A stretch of 64,000 bases of DNA from Octopus vulgaris (taxonomy: Eukaryota). Both the position numbers and the translations under genes were made by a program. Of the stretch, positions 27,428 through 40,913 are shown one piece after another. The stretch's first letter is position 1, and each line of letters starts with the position of its first letter. The stretch covers positions 74,524,001 to 74,588,000 of the forward strand of contig OX597816.1 in the NCBI GenBank assembly GCA_951406725.2, given 5' to 3'. Under the pieces are notes generated by a model. The model was not told the DNA's origin. It saw only the letters and a list, made by a program, of their open reading frames with translations, and searched no databases.

Positions 27428-27570
27428 CCCTGATCGTAAAATCCGATTACTGATATATTCATACTGTTTGTGCGTTTTATCGGCGTATTCTGAGATATAA
27501 TATAACGGTTTGTAGTCGAAAGTACCAGCTTCTTCTCGTAACTCGATATCTAGCAAAAACGTCATTGCCT
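27428..27570 (-). CDS. Exon G: N-terminal half of a SEA-like domain
   Basis: Acceptor ttcttttcag, donor GGG|gtgagt, phase 1-0. Translates AMTFLLDIELREEAGTFDYKPLYYISEYADKTHKQYEYISNRILRSG. Confidence 0.75.
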
Positions 27571-28871
27571 CTGAAAAGAAATGAAAGAAGTAATAAAATC
27601 TAAAATGCAATGCTATGTTCACTTTTATTTTAATTGTATTTTGAGGGTTTGAGATTGACATTATTAATGTATCCTTGTAATAATTGCAAGTTTAATAGAT
27701 GCAGGAAACTCATGAATAGAGTGTGGAATGATCAGCCGATCTCTAATAAGGTATTTATAAAGAATGAAACTTTTCAAATATTTTTTAACCATAAAGAAAA
27801 CAAAAAACAAACCAACAAAAAAGAACTCAAGATGCTTGCTCGATCTGGTAAAAAGGGCAGCGAAACTCCATCTAAACACACTGTACTGTTATAGAAAAAG
27901 GAAAGACGAATCATAACTCTGCAGATCTTGACATAAATACAGATGTGATAGTCGCGACTGGAACGCGTTTGATGATGTATTTTAATTCAGGATTGAACTG
28001 GGGTTAAACTACAATAACTTGAGCAGGGATTAAATTCAAGAGGACGATAATCTGGAGACGAAAAGCTGTGCTTAGTCTGAGTGACATGATATGAGTGATG
28101 ACAAGAGGAGTGACGAATGAGTCGGGAGAACCTGAACGGTGGTAAAGAGTCAGATTGAGCTAATATATCAATAAAACTAAAAGATAATGAAAACTAGGAG
28201 GACCTTAGAATTTGAAATGGGTTGGAATCTATGCAATTTATACGCTTTTCTTTCCATTTTTCTTTAACTTTGGTCTTCATTCGTTACAAAAGAGGCACAC
28301 TCACTGAATTCCAAATAGATACCCGGATTCAAATGTTGAGGATAAGTAATGTCGGTTATAATTATCTACCCCATTTAGTACTAATATTCAGCCGGTTCTT
28401 ATTTTATCGATTCCGGATTGCTGAAAGGCAAATTCGATCTCGGCAAGATTTGAACTTAGAACGTAAAGTATGTAACCGAATATCGCAAGCCAATATTTCG
28501 ACGCTCTTACGATTCTACCAATCCGCATTAATATTGATTTCTTTCATTGACACAAACCATAATATCTTGGATATAGATATACTCTATTAGATCGATCGAC
28601 TCGAGTGCTTGAAAAGTACTTTATCTTTTTTTGCGTTGTTTTAGACTTAAGTCGTTCGTGATCGTACTCATTCAGCAATTTTTCCAAAAATACAACCTCT
28701 AAGACAACATTATTTGCAATAAGTCCTTCCTTTTAAAGACAGTAGGCTTTAAATCGAAGTAGATTTAGCTCCTATTTCTTGTAGGTCAAGTGCCCGCAAA
28801 GTGATCACTTTGTTGGCTTGACTAAATATATCTGCACTGTACTACCAACAAATCGATCAATTACGTCAACT

Positions 28872-29270
28872 CGGCGAGCTGGCAGAAACGTTAACACGCC
28901 GGGTGAAATGCTTAGCGGTATTTCGTCTGCCGTTACGTTCTAAGTTCAAATTCCACCGAGGTCGACTTTGCCTTTCATCCTTTCGGGGTCGATTGAATAA
29001 GTACCAGTTACGCACTGCGGTCGATATAATCGACTTAATCCGTTTGTCTGTCCTTGTTTCTCCTCTCTGTGTTTAGCCCCTTGTGGGTAATAAAGAAATA
29101 GGTATTTCGTCTGCCGCTACGTTCTGAGTTCAAATTCCGCCGATGTCGACTTTGCCTTTTATCCTTTCGGCGTCGATAAATTAATTACCAATTGCGTTCT
29201 GGGGTAGATCTAATCGACTGGACCCCTCCCCAAAATTTCGGGCCTTGTGCCTAGAGTAGAAAGGATTATA
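28872..29270 (+). mobile_element. Family-A SINE dimer with two different tails
   Basis: Unit 1 ends aataaagaaata and joins via ggtatttc to unit 2, which ends gggccttgtgcctagagtagaaaggattat. Confidence 0.9.
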
Positions 29271-29942
29271 TCAATTATATGTGCAAGTTGTATTTCAAAA
29301 TATTTGTACTACTACTACTACTTTTATTGTATGTGGTTGGTGTTCGACTGCATTTGTTCTATCACTTCGGCATATGTGGCCAGTATTTAAAGTAACCTGT
29401 ACTACTATCATATCTACATATGCAGTCGTGATTTTAATCTATTTTATACTTAGGCGAAAACATGGCTGTGTGGTTAAGAAGCTTGCTTTGCAACTGCGCA
29501 GTTTAGCGTTCAGTCCTACTGTGCGATACCTTGAGTAAGTGTCTTCTGCCATAGGCCTGAACCGACCAATGCGTTGCGAGTGAATTTGATAGACGAAAAC
29601 TGTTTGGAAGCCGTCGTGTGGGTCCCCTCACACCGCTTGACAACCTATATTGGTTTGCTTATGTCCCAGCAAATTAGTTTATCGGTCTCTTTTGTCAAAC
29701 CCCTAAGTTTTCAGACATGAAAATAAAAGGTACTAGTGTCAATTTGTTCGACTATGCCTTTGAAGGTAGAGTCCAAAATGGCCACAGTGCAACGACTGAA
29801 ACAAGATAAAAGATTACTACTATTATATCTACATATGTAGTCAGTATTTGAATGTTAAATTACACACCTAAATATTGTTGTAACCACTAAAATTGAAAAG
29901 AAATTGCTATCTAACTATAAACGAGGTTGGGGGGGGGGGGGG

Positions 29943-30248
29943 TGCGCATTGCTCAGTGTTTAGAGCATCGGGCTAACAATCATGATGTAGTGAGTTCGAT
30001 TCCCGGACCGGGCTGCGTGTGGTTTTCTTGAGCAAGACACTTTATTTCAAGTTGTTCCAGTTCACTCAGCTGTAGAAATGAGTTGTGACGTAACTGGTGC
30101 CAAGCTGTATCGGCATTTGCCTTTCCATTGGATAACATCGGTGGCGTGGAGAGGGAGGCTGGTATGCATGGGTGACTGGTCTTCCATACACAACCTTGTC
30201 CGGACTTGTGCCTTGGAGGGTGACTTTCATAACGGAAGAGGGTCTTTT
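29943..30248 (+). mobile_element. Family-D tRNA-derived SINE
   Basis: gctcagtg(g)ttagagc...gagttcgattccc boxes and ttgagcaagacactt core; homologous to 49195-49530. Confidence 0.75.
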
Positions 30249-30249
30249 T

Positions 30250-30471
30250 CGGGAGGTGGGGTCTGAAAAGTTCCTGGCTTTGGATAAAAGAAAATACAGG
30301 AGGACCAGTTAATTATGATTTTATCTAACTTATTCCCCTCTCAAATTCACGCACTGATCGCAACGATCCTTCAGTTTTTTTCTAAGTCCTGCAAAAGAAA
30401 TTGGAAGGTTGGGCCTTTAACCAGGCCTTTCGCGATACCCTTAAAGCCAGAAACTTTTCAGCACTCCCTCG
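30250..30471. mobile_element. mariner-type MITE
   Basis: TIRs ctgaaaagttcctggcttt and aaagccagaaacttttcagcactccctcg-TA; second copy in opposite orientation at 43616-43832. Confidence 0.8.
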
Positions 30472-31659
30472 TATATGAATTCAGTTTTGTACAAAGCGTA
30501 GCTAGAGCATAAAGGGTCTACCACATACTCAGTGTTGCAATGTGATTTGTGAGGTCGGCCACGTCCCTCACTCCATTTTTGTTAATTCATCCACTTTTAT
30601 ATTCATTTTTAATTATGTATAGGCTTCATCTTATTGTTTCATTCGTTCCCCGACCCATTGTCTGTCCTTGTATCGTCCCCTCTTTATTCGTCCTTTTTGG
30701 ATAATCAGGGAGTTTTGTACAAGGCGTAAGTCGCCTACGTATGAAAAATAACACAAAAAATAAGGAGTAATATTTAATATACAAATAATAAAAAGGAAAT
30801 GCAAAATTTCGGGGGAAAATGCATATTTGAAGTTTGTTTAATAATCATTGATGACGTGTATAAAAATTTTGATATTGAATAGATTCTAAAAATTCAAAGA
30901 TGAAACAGAATTAGAAATACCAAATGTATCGGAAAAAAAAACTATTTACAAAATAGTTATGAAACAGAAAAGTAAATCTCCTTTTCACAGGTACAAGAAT
31001 AAGACATGCCCACCAATTGAAACGATTCCTACCCCAATTTTTCCAACAGGATATGGAGTCTGAGACGTTCAGCTTCTATACACACTTGTACATAGCCTTA
31101 ATGATTCTTCCATCATGACACTTGAAAGCAATGTAAAATATTTTCTTCCGCTGTGGAGGTCGAATGAGGCTGAGACATATCTAAGTTGTCTTCTGTGCTT
31201 ACCGAACTTGTTAAAATAAAATTAGTCGTTGAGTTAATGTTATTTTTTCCTCATCACTTATTTAATGTTATGAGCATAGCCAATACATATGTTAACCCTA
31301 AAATTTTATTTTGCCTGCAGGTGGCTCTTTCTGAATAACAGAGGTCAACACACACAAAAAAATTTCTGTTGTTAAAACATTTGAACCCGGACTAGGTGTT
31401 TTTTGACACACAATTCGTAAATGACTTCCATTTGATACCATTACATCAAGATTTTGAGATATTGGATCCACAGAATTTCTTTGAATTTTCGATAAAACAG
31501 CTTATGAGGAACAAGACATAACATACAAACATACATAGAAATTGGGTTCTCTTCGAAACCAGAATTGTTTTTTTAAAATTCTTTTGGAAAACTAGTAAAA
31601 AAATCTTAAAATTTCTACAGACAAATTACATTATTATTTATGCCTAATTTCCCATGAAT

Positions 31660-32460
31660 TTGCGTTTGGCTGATTTTCTTGAGAGCTGAACCTCAGGAAG
31701 ATCACGAACCAAGTTCCATCAACAGTCTGCCATCATATCCAAGTTACATCTACCTTGATACCTTTGTTCAATTGATTTTATGCCCTGATCGAAACATTCG
31801 CCCTGCCATCATTTGTATCACCAAGATTTCCAGGGAATTTATCAAGTTGACTGTGGAGGTAGTGCATTTTTCTGCTCATATTTGCTCCCAACTTTTGAAA
31901 GTTCCCCGGCATGTTGATGACTATTTCGGCATAGCTGGCTGCTTTCTTGTTGCACAGAAAGTTATTTACAAATACTACAAATGAACTCCATGCCGTTGCT
32001 CCAATGCAATTCACTGAGTTTACAAAGCTCTCATTTTTCATAAATTTTCTGATTTGAGGCCTTTCAAATACTTCAACTTTTATCTTTTCACTGTACAGAC
32101 CAGGAATTGTGCTGCAGATATAACGAAAGTATGATCCATCTTTATACTGAGATTTAACAAATTGCTTCATAATGCCAAGTTTGATATGAAGTAGAGGTGA
32201 GATGATTTTCCGGTTCAACAAAAGCCTCTTTAATCACATTAGAAGATATTGCGATCATTCTTGACGCTACAATCATTCTTTAATCACCCCAATTTTTTCC
32301 CTTGCTCAACTATTCTACGTCATGAAAAGCGTAGGTACTTGGTGTACCCACTTTGTTGCCCCAGGAAAAAACTGACCATCTTATAATTCACGCATAACAG
32401 CCATTGATGATTGGTGGTTCTAGCTATCTTGCTAGATGTGATGGTAAGAAATGGATACCA
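31660..32460 (-). pseudogene. Degenerate DNA-transposon transposase, probably CMC/Chapaev-3-like
   Basis: PLLHIKLGIMKQFVKS..PQIRKFMK..AWSSF..NFLCNKKA..LGANMSRKMHYLHSQLDKFPGNLG, continuing through frameshifts. Family assignment is from memory. Confidence 0.7.
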
Positions 32461-32692
32461 TTTTTGCATTCAACATATTAAAGCGCCTTCAAATCAAATA
32501 AAAACGTCCCAACAACAAAATACTCGTTGGGTTGTGTAATTAATCACTGTGATTTATCATATTGTTTTGAAATATTCATACCTATATGACAGTATTCAGA
32601 GTGAAATCAATATCTCCTACAACCAAAGTTAAGCGCTTAAACATTTTACTATTTATTTGGCTAATTGCAGAAACGATTAAGCGATGTAAAAA

Positions 32693-32735
<43 letters not shown>

Positions 32736-34895
32736 TCTCTTTACACTCAGTTCAATTACTAATTACTGCTGACATTGACTATCTTTCCTCGGTCGACAAA
32801 ATGAGCACCAGTCAAATACTAGTCTGACATAATCCGTTTCTGCTATAAATTATGTGGCCCTTTGCGCCTTTGTAAAAAAATATTTATATTTATTTGTCTA
32901 TTGACACGTTAAGTAAATAACAGGAGGAAACTATCAACGTGTTGGGCGTGAAAGGTAAAACAAGAACTTCTTGAAGTCTGGATATAAATAAACAATGTCA
33001 ATCCCACAATGAAAAAAAACAAGTAAGCGATTCTATCAGACGAGGCTGACAAAACGGTGTTAAACGAAAGAATATTGGCAACTGCTTATTTCTCTTCAGA
33101 TATTAATTTCGTTGCTGACTTCTGTTTTCTGTATTTCCTTATGAAAACACAGCGAGTGTGAGATATCGGGTATAAAAAATATGCATCATTAAAAAGATAC
33201 GAAGTATTTATAATAGAGGTTTATGAAGCAGGAGATAAATAAAAGTGTCAATTTACACAATACATATCATGAACACACAATTGACCGATATCGTGATATT
33301 AGAGACATATACTAATAAATAACGTAGATATGCCATCCGTATGAAAAGAAAGAAATACAAAGGTTAAATTAGCGTAGAAACATTTAATAGAAGTAATAAA
33401 ATACCAACTAGAAATAAATGCTGAGAGAAAAATACTATCAGTCAATAGCTTATGTTTTAACGTCGGCAAGTTAACAGGTAAATCTAGACATATTTTTTTC
33501 TAATTAGAATGAACTCCGCTGCAGGCACCCAGTAACCAGACGGTGTTTAATCGAACATCGGAATTGAATCAATTACCCAAGAGCTCAGTCAAAATAAATA
33601 ATGCTTCAGAAGCTTAAACCTTTGTTAATCAGCTGCCTGGACTGGAGCTGTATTTTATGGAGCCCGAAAAGATGAAAAGAAACATTGACTTTTGCAGGAT
33701 TTGAACTCAGAGTGTAGAAAGGCAAAAAACAAATATGGCAAGACTTTGTTTTCTTCTTTTTTACACTCTGACGACTCTGCTAATTCACTGCTTGCAATAC
33801 AAAGCTTTCAATGTCGAAGGTGTTGAAATCATGTACAGAACATGTTAAATATTTTGCAGATGACATTTGCATCAAAATTACCACACTGCCACGAAGAGGG
33901 CAAAAGAGTCACTGTATAACGACATACAACATACTTATTGAAATAAGAAAACAGAATCATGCATGCATATAAATTATAAATAGATTCGTGCGAATAAAAT
34001 GGCGCCTTGCCTGTAGAATCGTTACTAAATATACTCAGACCATCTTTATACAAAAACAACACATGGAAAATACATTAAGACTGTTTGTTATGCGAATACT
34101 TTTTTCTACCAATCATCACAGTTATTTTTCTCTATTTTGTTTTTCTTGTAGCTTCTCACAAAGAAAACGTAAAACATCAACTAATGAACACACTGTTTAA
34201 CGAGAGAAGTTTCTAGGTGGTCGCTTCTTCGAGTTCCGTGAAAATCTAGTAATAGGCTTGGGTTAAGTGTGAAGTATTAGCCATAGTTGAAATGGTAATT
34301 GACCCAGGTAATTTGCGAAATGTAGGTCCTATTTTAAGCTGTTCATTAAATATTTTCGTAAGCAGTGCCAAATATGTATGATTTTTGCATGGAATACAGG
34401 TATATAAATATATATGTAGGGTACATACTCAGGGTAACAGAACAAAAACTATTTTTGGTACATATTTATCAAAGGATATTCCCTTTGCTTCTAATAAGGG
34501 GATAAAGCCTCCTCAAAGTAGTAAACCCAAGCCAACTGATTCATCTCCCTCCTCTCTATTCTAAGGGAGGATAGGGCTTGCGAGCTAGAAATAATGTTTA
34601 TCTGTGCCTGAAATCAGTCTTTCGTCTTGAAAAATGACACATGGCATAATGTTGGTCGGGATACACGATGCTTGAAGAGAAAATGATGGCTTGAACAACT
34701 TATTTCATCGGAGAGGTCTTGGAAAAATAACAACTAATCTTATCTTTTACTTGTTTCAGAGTCATTGGACTGCAGACATGCTGGGGCACCATTTTGATGG
34801 GATTTGCTGCCAGTACTTTTGTCGTTATTTTTTGCTAAATCAAGGGGGCGCAAACAAGCCAACAATCAAATGGCAGAGGGAGAAATAGAAACAAA

Positions 34896-34996
<101 letters not shown>

Positions 34997-35999
34997 CAAC
35001 TGTCTTCTTTACAGTTTCCCTCTACCGAATTTTCTTACAATGTATTAGTTGGCCCTAACGTTGTGGTAGAAAGCACTTGCCCAAGGTGCAGCGCAGTGGG
35101 AATGAACCCGAAAACACACGGTCGCAACGCGAACTTCTTAACCACAGAGCCACACCTTCCTCAGTGAGTATGATCTAGTGAGGAAACTTCCAAACCGCCA
35201 TTTCACTTTTTAACAACCTGCAGCCAAAGGACCTTCCGAAGGGTACGCCTAACGAAAAATTAGCTTAAGGTCTTTCTTTTTAATAGTACAGCCTACCTGG
35301 TGATATACCATATCTCATGCAGCCTGCTCCTCGAAAAAAGGCTGATCGCTTTACCAGCTAGAAGAAACAAACTCATTCATATTATATCCCATCGTCTTAA
35401 GAAATGTAGCCCATTAAGAATATTCACAATCTTATTTATAATTTTTAATAAGTACTTGCATGCTACTTTCTCTCGACAACATGGAGACAAGGAATAGTAA
35501 GCGATCTCTGAATATTACTAAAGAGGAAACTAGTTACATCAATCTGTATTTCGTGCCGCTGGAAACAGAGCCTATTTTACGGAGAGACTAAATATTTGTT
35601 TATTAAACATATAGATATAACTACATACACATAAGTATTTATAATATGTTGTACTGGTAGTTTATATCTATTATTGGATTCCTTTTGGTGTTTGGACGAT
35701 TTGAAAGTGAGACAAAGAATGAATAAAGCTCTGTACAAAGACGAGAATACTTGATACAGCCACGAAATAATCCTTTCTACTATAGGCACAAGGCCTGAAT
35801 TTTGGGGAAGGGCTAGTCGATTACATCCACCCACAGTAAGTGATTATTTCATTTTATCGACACCGAAAGGATGAAAAGCAGTCAACTTCTGCAGGATTTG
35901 AACTGAGAACGTAAAGAGCTGGAAGAAAGTGCTAACAATTCTGACAGCTCAATAATAAGTTATGAGTCATGAGAGCAACGGATGAAGTTACATTCAAGG

Positions 36000-37560
36000 A
36001 CGCAGAAATGGTTATGGGGGAAAATAACAGGCCTGATAAACAGTATACAAAAAAAAAATGAAATGAGACGTCCCGATAAGGAGTGAGGGTCACCATTGAT
36101 CTTAGAAGATTATCAGGATTACGAACAGTAAATATTCTCGTCTAGTTGTGTTTCACCGCATGTAATGGCCTGCTGAAAGTAGGCCCATTCAAATTGTCAT
36201 TCTTATTACTACGATCTTTCAGAAAATTTGCCGGTGAGCAGCACTACCTTCTCTCTCTTCATCTTAACTCTCAAATTAAACTCAAAAAAGTAAATTGGCG
36301 AAAGAGGAAGGTGTCTATCTTCAGTCTTTTCTATTTTGTCTGCTATACAACCTACTTCACCATAGTCAAAGAAAACTGCTTGCTTTTCCTGACTAAAAAA
36401 ATCTTACAAGTAACATTAAGAGCGATATTAGCTGTTTGAAAAAATCTACAAGTCAACGATACTCAGACATTGAAAGAGTGCGTGCAGAACAGTTTTGTTG
36501 ATCTGCCCGCATCTCAGAGAGAGCCGACTGACCACATTACCATATATGTGGAACTTATTTCGAACTGGCAATGCCCTCAGGCAACAGTTCCAGAACAGCG
36601 ATTTCTGCAGGTTATCCATAGTCCTGCGATGATGAAAGTCCTCCAGAATAGGCTGTTCAGTTGACGTTACCCAACACCCACTCTCTCTGAAAGAGTTGTC
36701 ACTCTTGCCTGCCATTAACTCTCTGTTGAATATAAGGGATGCATATCACTGAGAACACTCCAAATCTCATTGACGGAGGACGCAAGAAATGTTAAAGACA
36801 AGCTGCGAGAAAAACATATCACAAACGGCACCCATACCAGCTCACGGTTCAGAAATATGTGGGTGTAGAGATATCATTGCAAGCCTTTGCATTATTCCCA
36901 CGGCATATCGAGGCCTACGCGCTGAACGTTGGTTTTAGTAACTAGTGGCCCTTCTGATAGGAGGAACGGGTTTCCTCTCACAAGACGCAAAAGATCAGGC
37001 GCTCCAAATTAGCTACGGTAATACTAGCTTCCTCTCTGATAATTTCTTGGTAAAACTGGTCACTTTAATCGTAACCTTCTCTTAGTTCTTAGCTATCAAA
37101 CGATGTGGTTTAAACCAGACCCAGAGCACTTTTACTAGGCAATCACTAAATTACACAATCAACATCTAACATTACCCACAAACAATTAAAAGTGTTGCTG
37201 GAAAGGCACATACTTGTCTGGTATTGAATATCACGCGCCCATTGTATACCATCAAAGATTTAATCGTGGCATTATTTCCACGTCGAATCTTTTCTATCTA
37301 GGTAACGAATGAATTTCACATCGTCGTGTTTAAGAGTACACACCATAGATCTTCCTGTCTCTTAAGCCATCGGTTCCGCTTTGTTGGTCAGTTTGTTTTC
37401 CCCTCTCCTGCTTCAGTCTAAAATTTGTTTTTCTCAAGCTAAAAAGCACGCTCTCCTTCTTTATCATGCAACAACCCACCCTCTTTATCTTCGAGTTGAC
37501 CATTCTACTGGCCAGATTTTTTTTTTATCTCCTGGTTCGTCTAAAACTATTTTACCTCGA
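36000..37560 (-). mobile_element. Internally deleted Tx1/L1-like LINE remnant
   Basis: VKVLWVWF..SERKL (~37050-37150) and ALPVRNKFHIYGNVVSRLSLRCGQINKTVLHALFQC (36446-36715), homologous to 3100-3900. Confidence 0.75.
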
Positions 37561-37599
37561 GGTTGAAAAGCATATTAGCTTTTCTCCTTATTGAGTGAT

Positions 37600-38149
37600 A
37601 CCTATCTCTATCCCAGTCAGAAGTGCGGGCTTATGCGGAACACCTGTTGTTCAGGATACAAGAAGAGTACGACTGTCGTCTGAGTCAATTCTAAAAGTGA
37701 TAGCAATTGCGAAAGAGGTGACATGGAAGACAAGAGCGAAAGGATTAGCGACAGGCAGCTTGCTCTCTAGCCTCGGGCTGGTGAGGTTTTTCACCTTTCA
37801 CCTGAAAAGTGGGGCTGGAGAAGAGATGTTTGTCAGAGAGAATGTTCAAAGAAAGATATGCGCGTGTAGCATGAGTGTTGTGTATGAGAAAAACACCTCG
37901 TGAGCATGTCATAGCTCGTACCGAAAGGTGTTGACAGTAGAGCAGGGCTCGTGGGGGCGGAGCTTTAAATTGTTCCCCTGCCCCATTTTTATGTTTGTAA
38001 GTTTGTATTGTAATTTGTATCATCATCAAATTTATCAGTTTATTTCCGTATTAATTTTTAACCATCATATTTGTGTCTGACCCCAATCAGGCTGTTCTGT
38101 CCCCTCTATGTTACCCCCACCCCACCCCGCCGTGGGCAATAAAGAAATA
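37600..38149 (+). mobile_element. Tx1/L1-like LINE 3' end
   Basis: AKEVTWKTRAKGLATGSLLSSLGLVRFFTFHLK is homologous to the 10755-11245 fragment. Ends gtgggcaataaagaaata. Confidence 0.75.
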
Positions 38150-40547
38150 ACTTATCTCTCTCCCTCTGTATCAACTTACCTAGGAGTTCTTATTTCTTTA
38201 TATTTACTTTTCTGCTGCTTTCTCCGTCTATCGTTTTCATTGATTGACTATCTGGTTGTTTTTTTTTTGTATTTACGCACCTCCTTTTCAATGCTGGCTT
38301 CCATTTATCTTTCTATCCTATCTTTTTAGTTATACACCCTTATTTATATCTATTTATATTTCCATCTATTCCCCTCTCCGTTTCAGATCTACCTTCTCTG
38401 GTTTACCTCCGCAATAATCGGCCTCGTTCTTACTGTCTTTTTCTCGATCCATCTGTACCCTTTCCTTCTCTCTACTCCCATAAGGCACCACCAAATTTCT
38501 GTCGCTAAGTCGAAAGACATTCTGTGTATGTAAATCTGTGTTCTAATTTTTTTTCTGTTTCGGTACTGGCTTTTTAGTTTGTTTCGTTCTCTCTAGCCAT
38601 GTGGTTAATGTAAAAGTCAGTTTTACATTTTGTTTTCCTTTTTGTGTCGAAGTTTTTCCCACCCTTCTTCACAAATTCAAACTAGACTTTCTTAGTCTCT
38701 TATCTTCAAAAATAAACTTGAGATAACAACATAGGGGGTTTCTTTCGACAGCGAAGTAACTATTTCACACACTGGAAGTGTGTAATAATAGACATTATTA
38801 TTAGTAGTAGTACCAAAGCAGCGAGCTGGTGAACTCGTTAACCTGCCGAACAAAATGCTTAGAGGCATTTCCACCAAAACAACTTTGGGTTTCATCGTTT
38901 TGGGGTCGATAAAATGAATACCAATTGGGCAGAGGGTCGATGTAATTGACAAGCCCCATCACCCAAAACTTCATATGATTGTCTTCTATTGAAATTCTAT
39001 TGTAACAATGGGATTTGATGCGCGAAGCAGAATGTAATGTGTGTGTGAGAGAGAGAGGGAGAGAGATAAAAGCGAACTTAACCATTCGATACATATAGAT
39101 CGATGAAATAATACCGATATAACGGAGTAAATCAACACTCCATTTAGAAGAATGTGCGCGCGCGCGCGTATATATATATATATATATATATATATGGAGT
39201 GGTTGTGTGGTAAGTAGCCCGTCGTATATATGTATGTACGTGTATATGTTTGGGTGTCTGTGTTTATCCCCACCAACATCGCTTCTCAACCGGTGGTGGT
39301 GTGTTTACGTCCCCGTAACTTAGCGGTTCGGCAAAAGAGACTTACAAAGAACGAGCCCTGGGGTCGATTTGCTCGACTAAAGGCGGCGCTCCAGCATGGC
39401 TGCAGTCAAATGACAAACAAATAACAGAGTAAAAGAATATATGAAACCACTATTAGGAAATTAGCAAAGTTTTTTTTTTTTTTGACCGTGTCAAATCTAA
39501 AAGCCTGTATAAATTAGACACCGACGTTATACTGTTGAACATTCAAAAATACAGTAAGACACATACGAATAATTGACTTTTCAGTGAAGCCAGGTTTTTA
39601 ACATTCAGATTGAAACTACACAAAAATACAATGTTTTGCTAAACGTGAAACGTTTGCAATGTTAAAGGATCATTTGGAGTAATTGATATCAAACCACAGA
39701 TGCAGACTTATTGAACTCAACTAATGTTTAACCCAAGAATGTGAGGAGTTATGGGAAAGTCTTCTGCCCGTCCCCACCATTTTCTCCCAAATTTGTTTAT
39801 TAAAAATTTTTTTTGGGGCCAAAAATCCACGTTTTCGGATACGGAGGTTCCGGAAAATTGCCCAAAATCGGCATTGTGAAATTCCCCCCACCTCTTTTCC
39901 CCCCATCACTAACCCTAAAACCGTAAGTACAGAAATGCTTTGAAATTTTTGTCCGAATCATGATGTCCGTATTTTCCCGCATATTTTGAAAAAAAAATGT
40001 GAAAAAAGTTTAAAACGAAGGAAATGGCGGGGGGGGGGGGGTTTAGAAATTTTGCTAATTTTTTTGCAGATTTGTATTCCCCATAGCCGAAAAGTGGGGT
40101 TTGTGTCGGAAAAAGAAAGATTTTTTTTAAGGTTGGTTTTTTTGTGGGGGGACGGACGGGTATTGCCGAGTTATGTTCTATACAACATTAATATCAAAAT
40201 TTGGAAATCCGACATATTACGACAAAGAAGTCGCTTTAGTAAGATTGTTAGCTGATCCAGTAATATCAAGATAGATGAAAATACATTCAGATTGACGCCA
40301 CCGATTTTATTGATCACTTCCAAAAGCCTCTTCAGAGTACAGGAATGCGGAAAAATATTTTGCAACATAAATGACGGCGATTTAGAGATTATTATGCATT
40401 CTAGAAAAAATTTCTTATTCAAGATTGACGAAGCTCAGATAAATGACATCACGATGTTGTCATACAGCTTTTAGATATGGCGGAAGGTTGCGAGCCGTTG
40501 CACCATACTTAAAAGGGCAGTGCAAAATTAGGAACCTGAACAATAGT

Positions 40548-40913
40548 ACTCTTTTACTTGTTTCAGTCATTTGACTGTGGCCATGCTGGAGCACCGCCTT
40601 TAGTCGAGCAAATCGATCCCAGGACATTCTTTGTAAGCCGAGTACTTATTCTATCGGTCTCTTTTGCCAAACCGCTAAGGTACGGGAACGTAAGCACACC
40701 AGCAACGGTTATCAAGCAATGTTGGGGGGGACAAACACAGACGCACAAACATACACACACACACATATATACGACGGGCTTCTTTCAGTTTCCGTCTACT
40801 AAATCCATTCACAAGGCTGTGGTCGGCCCGAGGCTATAGTAGAAGACACTTGCACTGAACCCGGAACCACGTGGCTTGTAAACAAGCTTACCACACAGCC
40901 ACTCCTACGCCTG
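40548..40913 (-). mobile_element. Family-B SINE
   Basis: Family consensus match. Confidence 0.88.
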
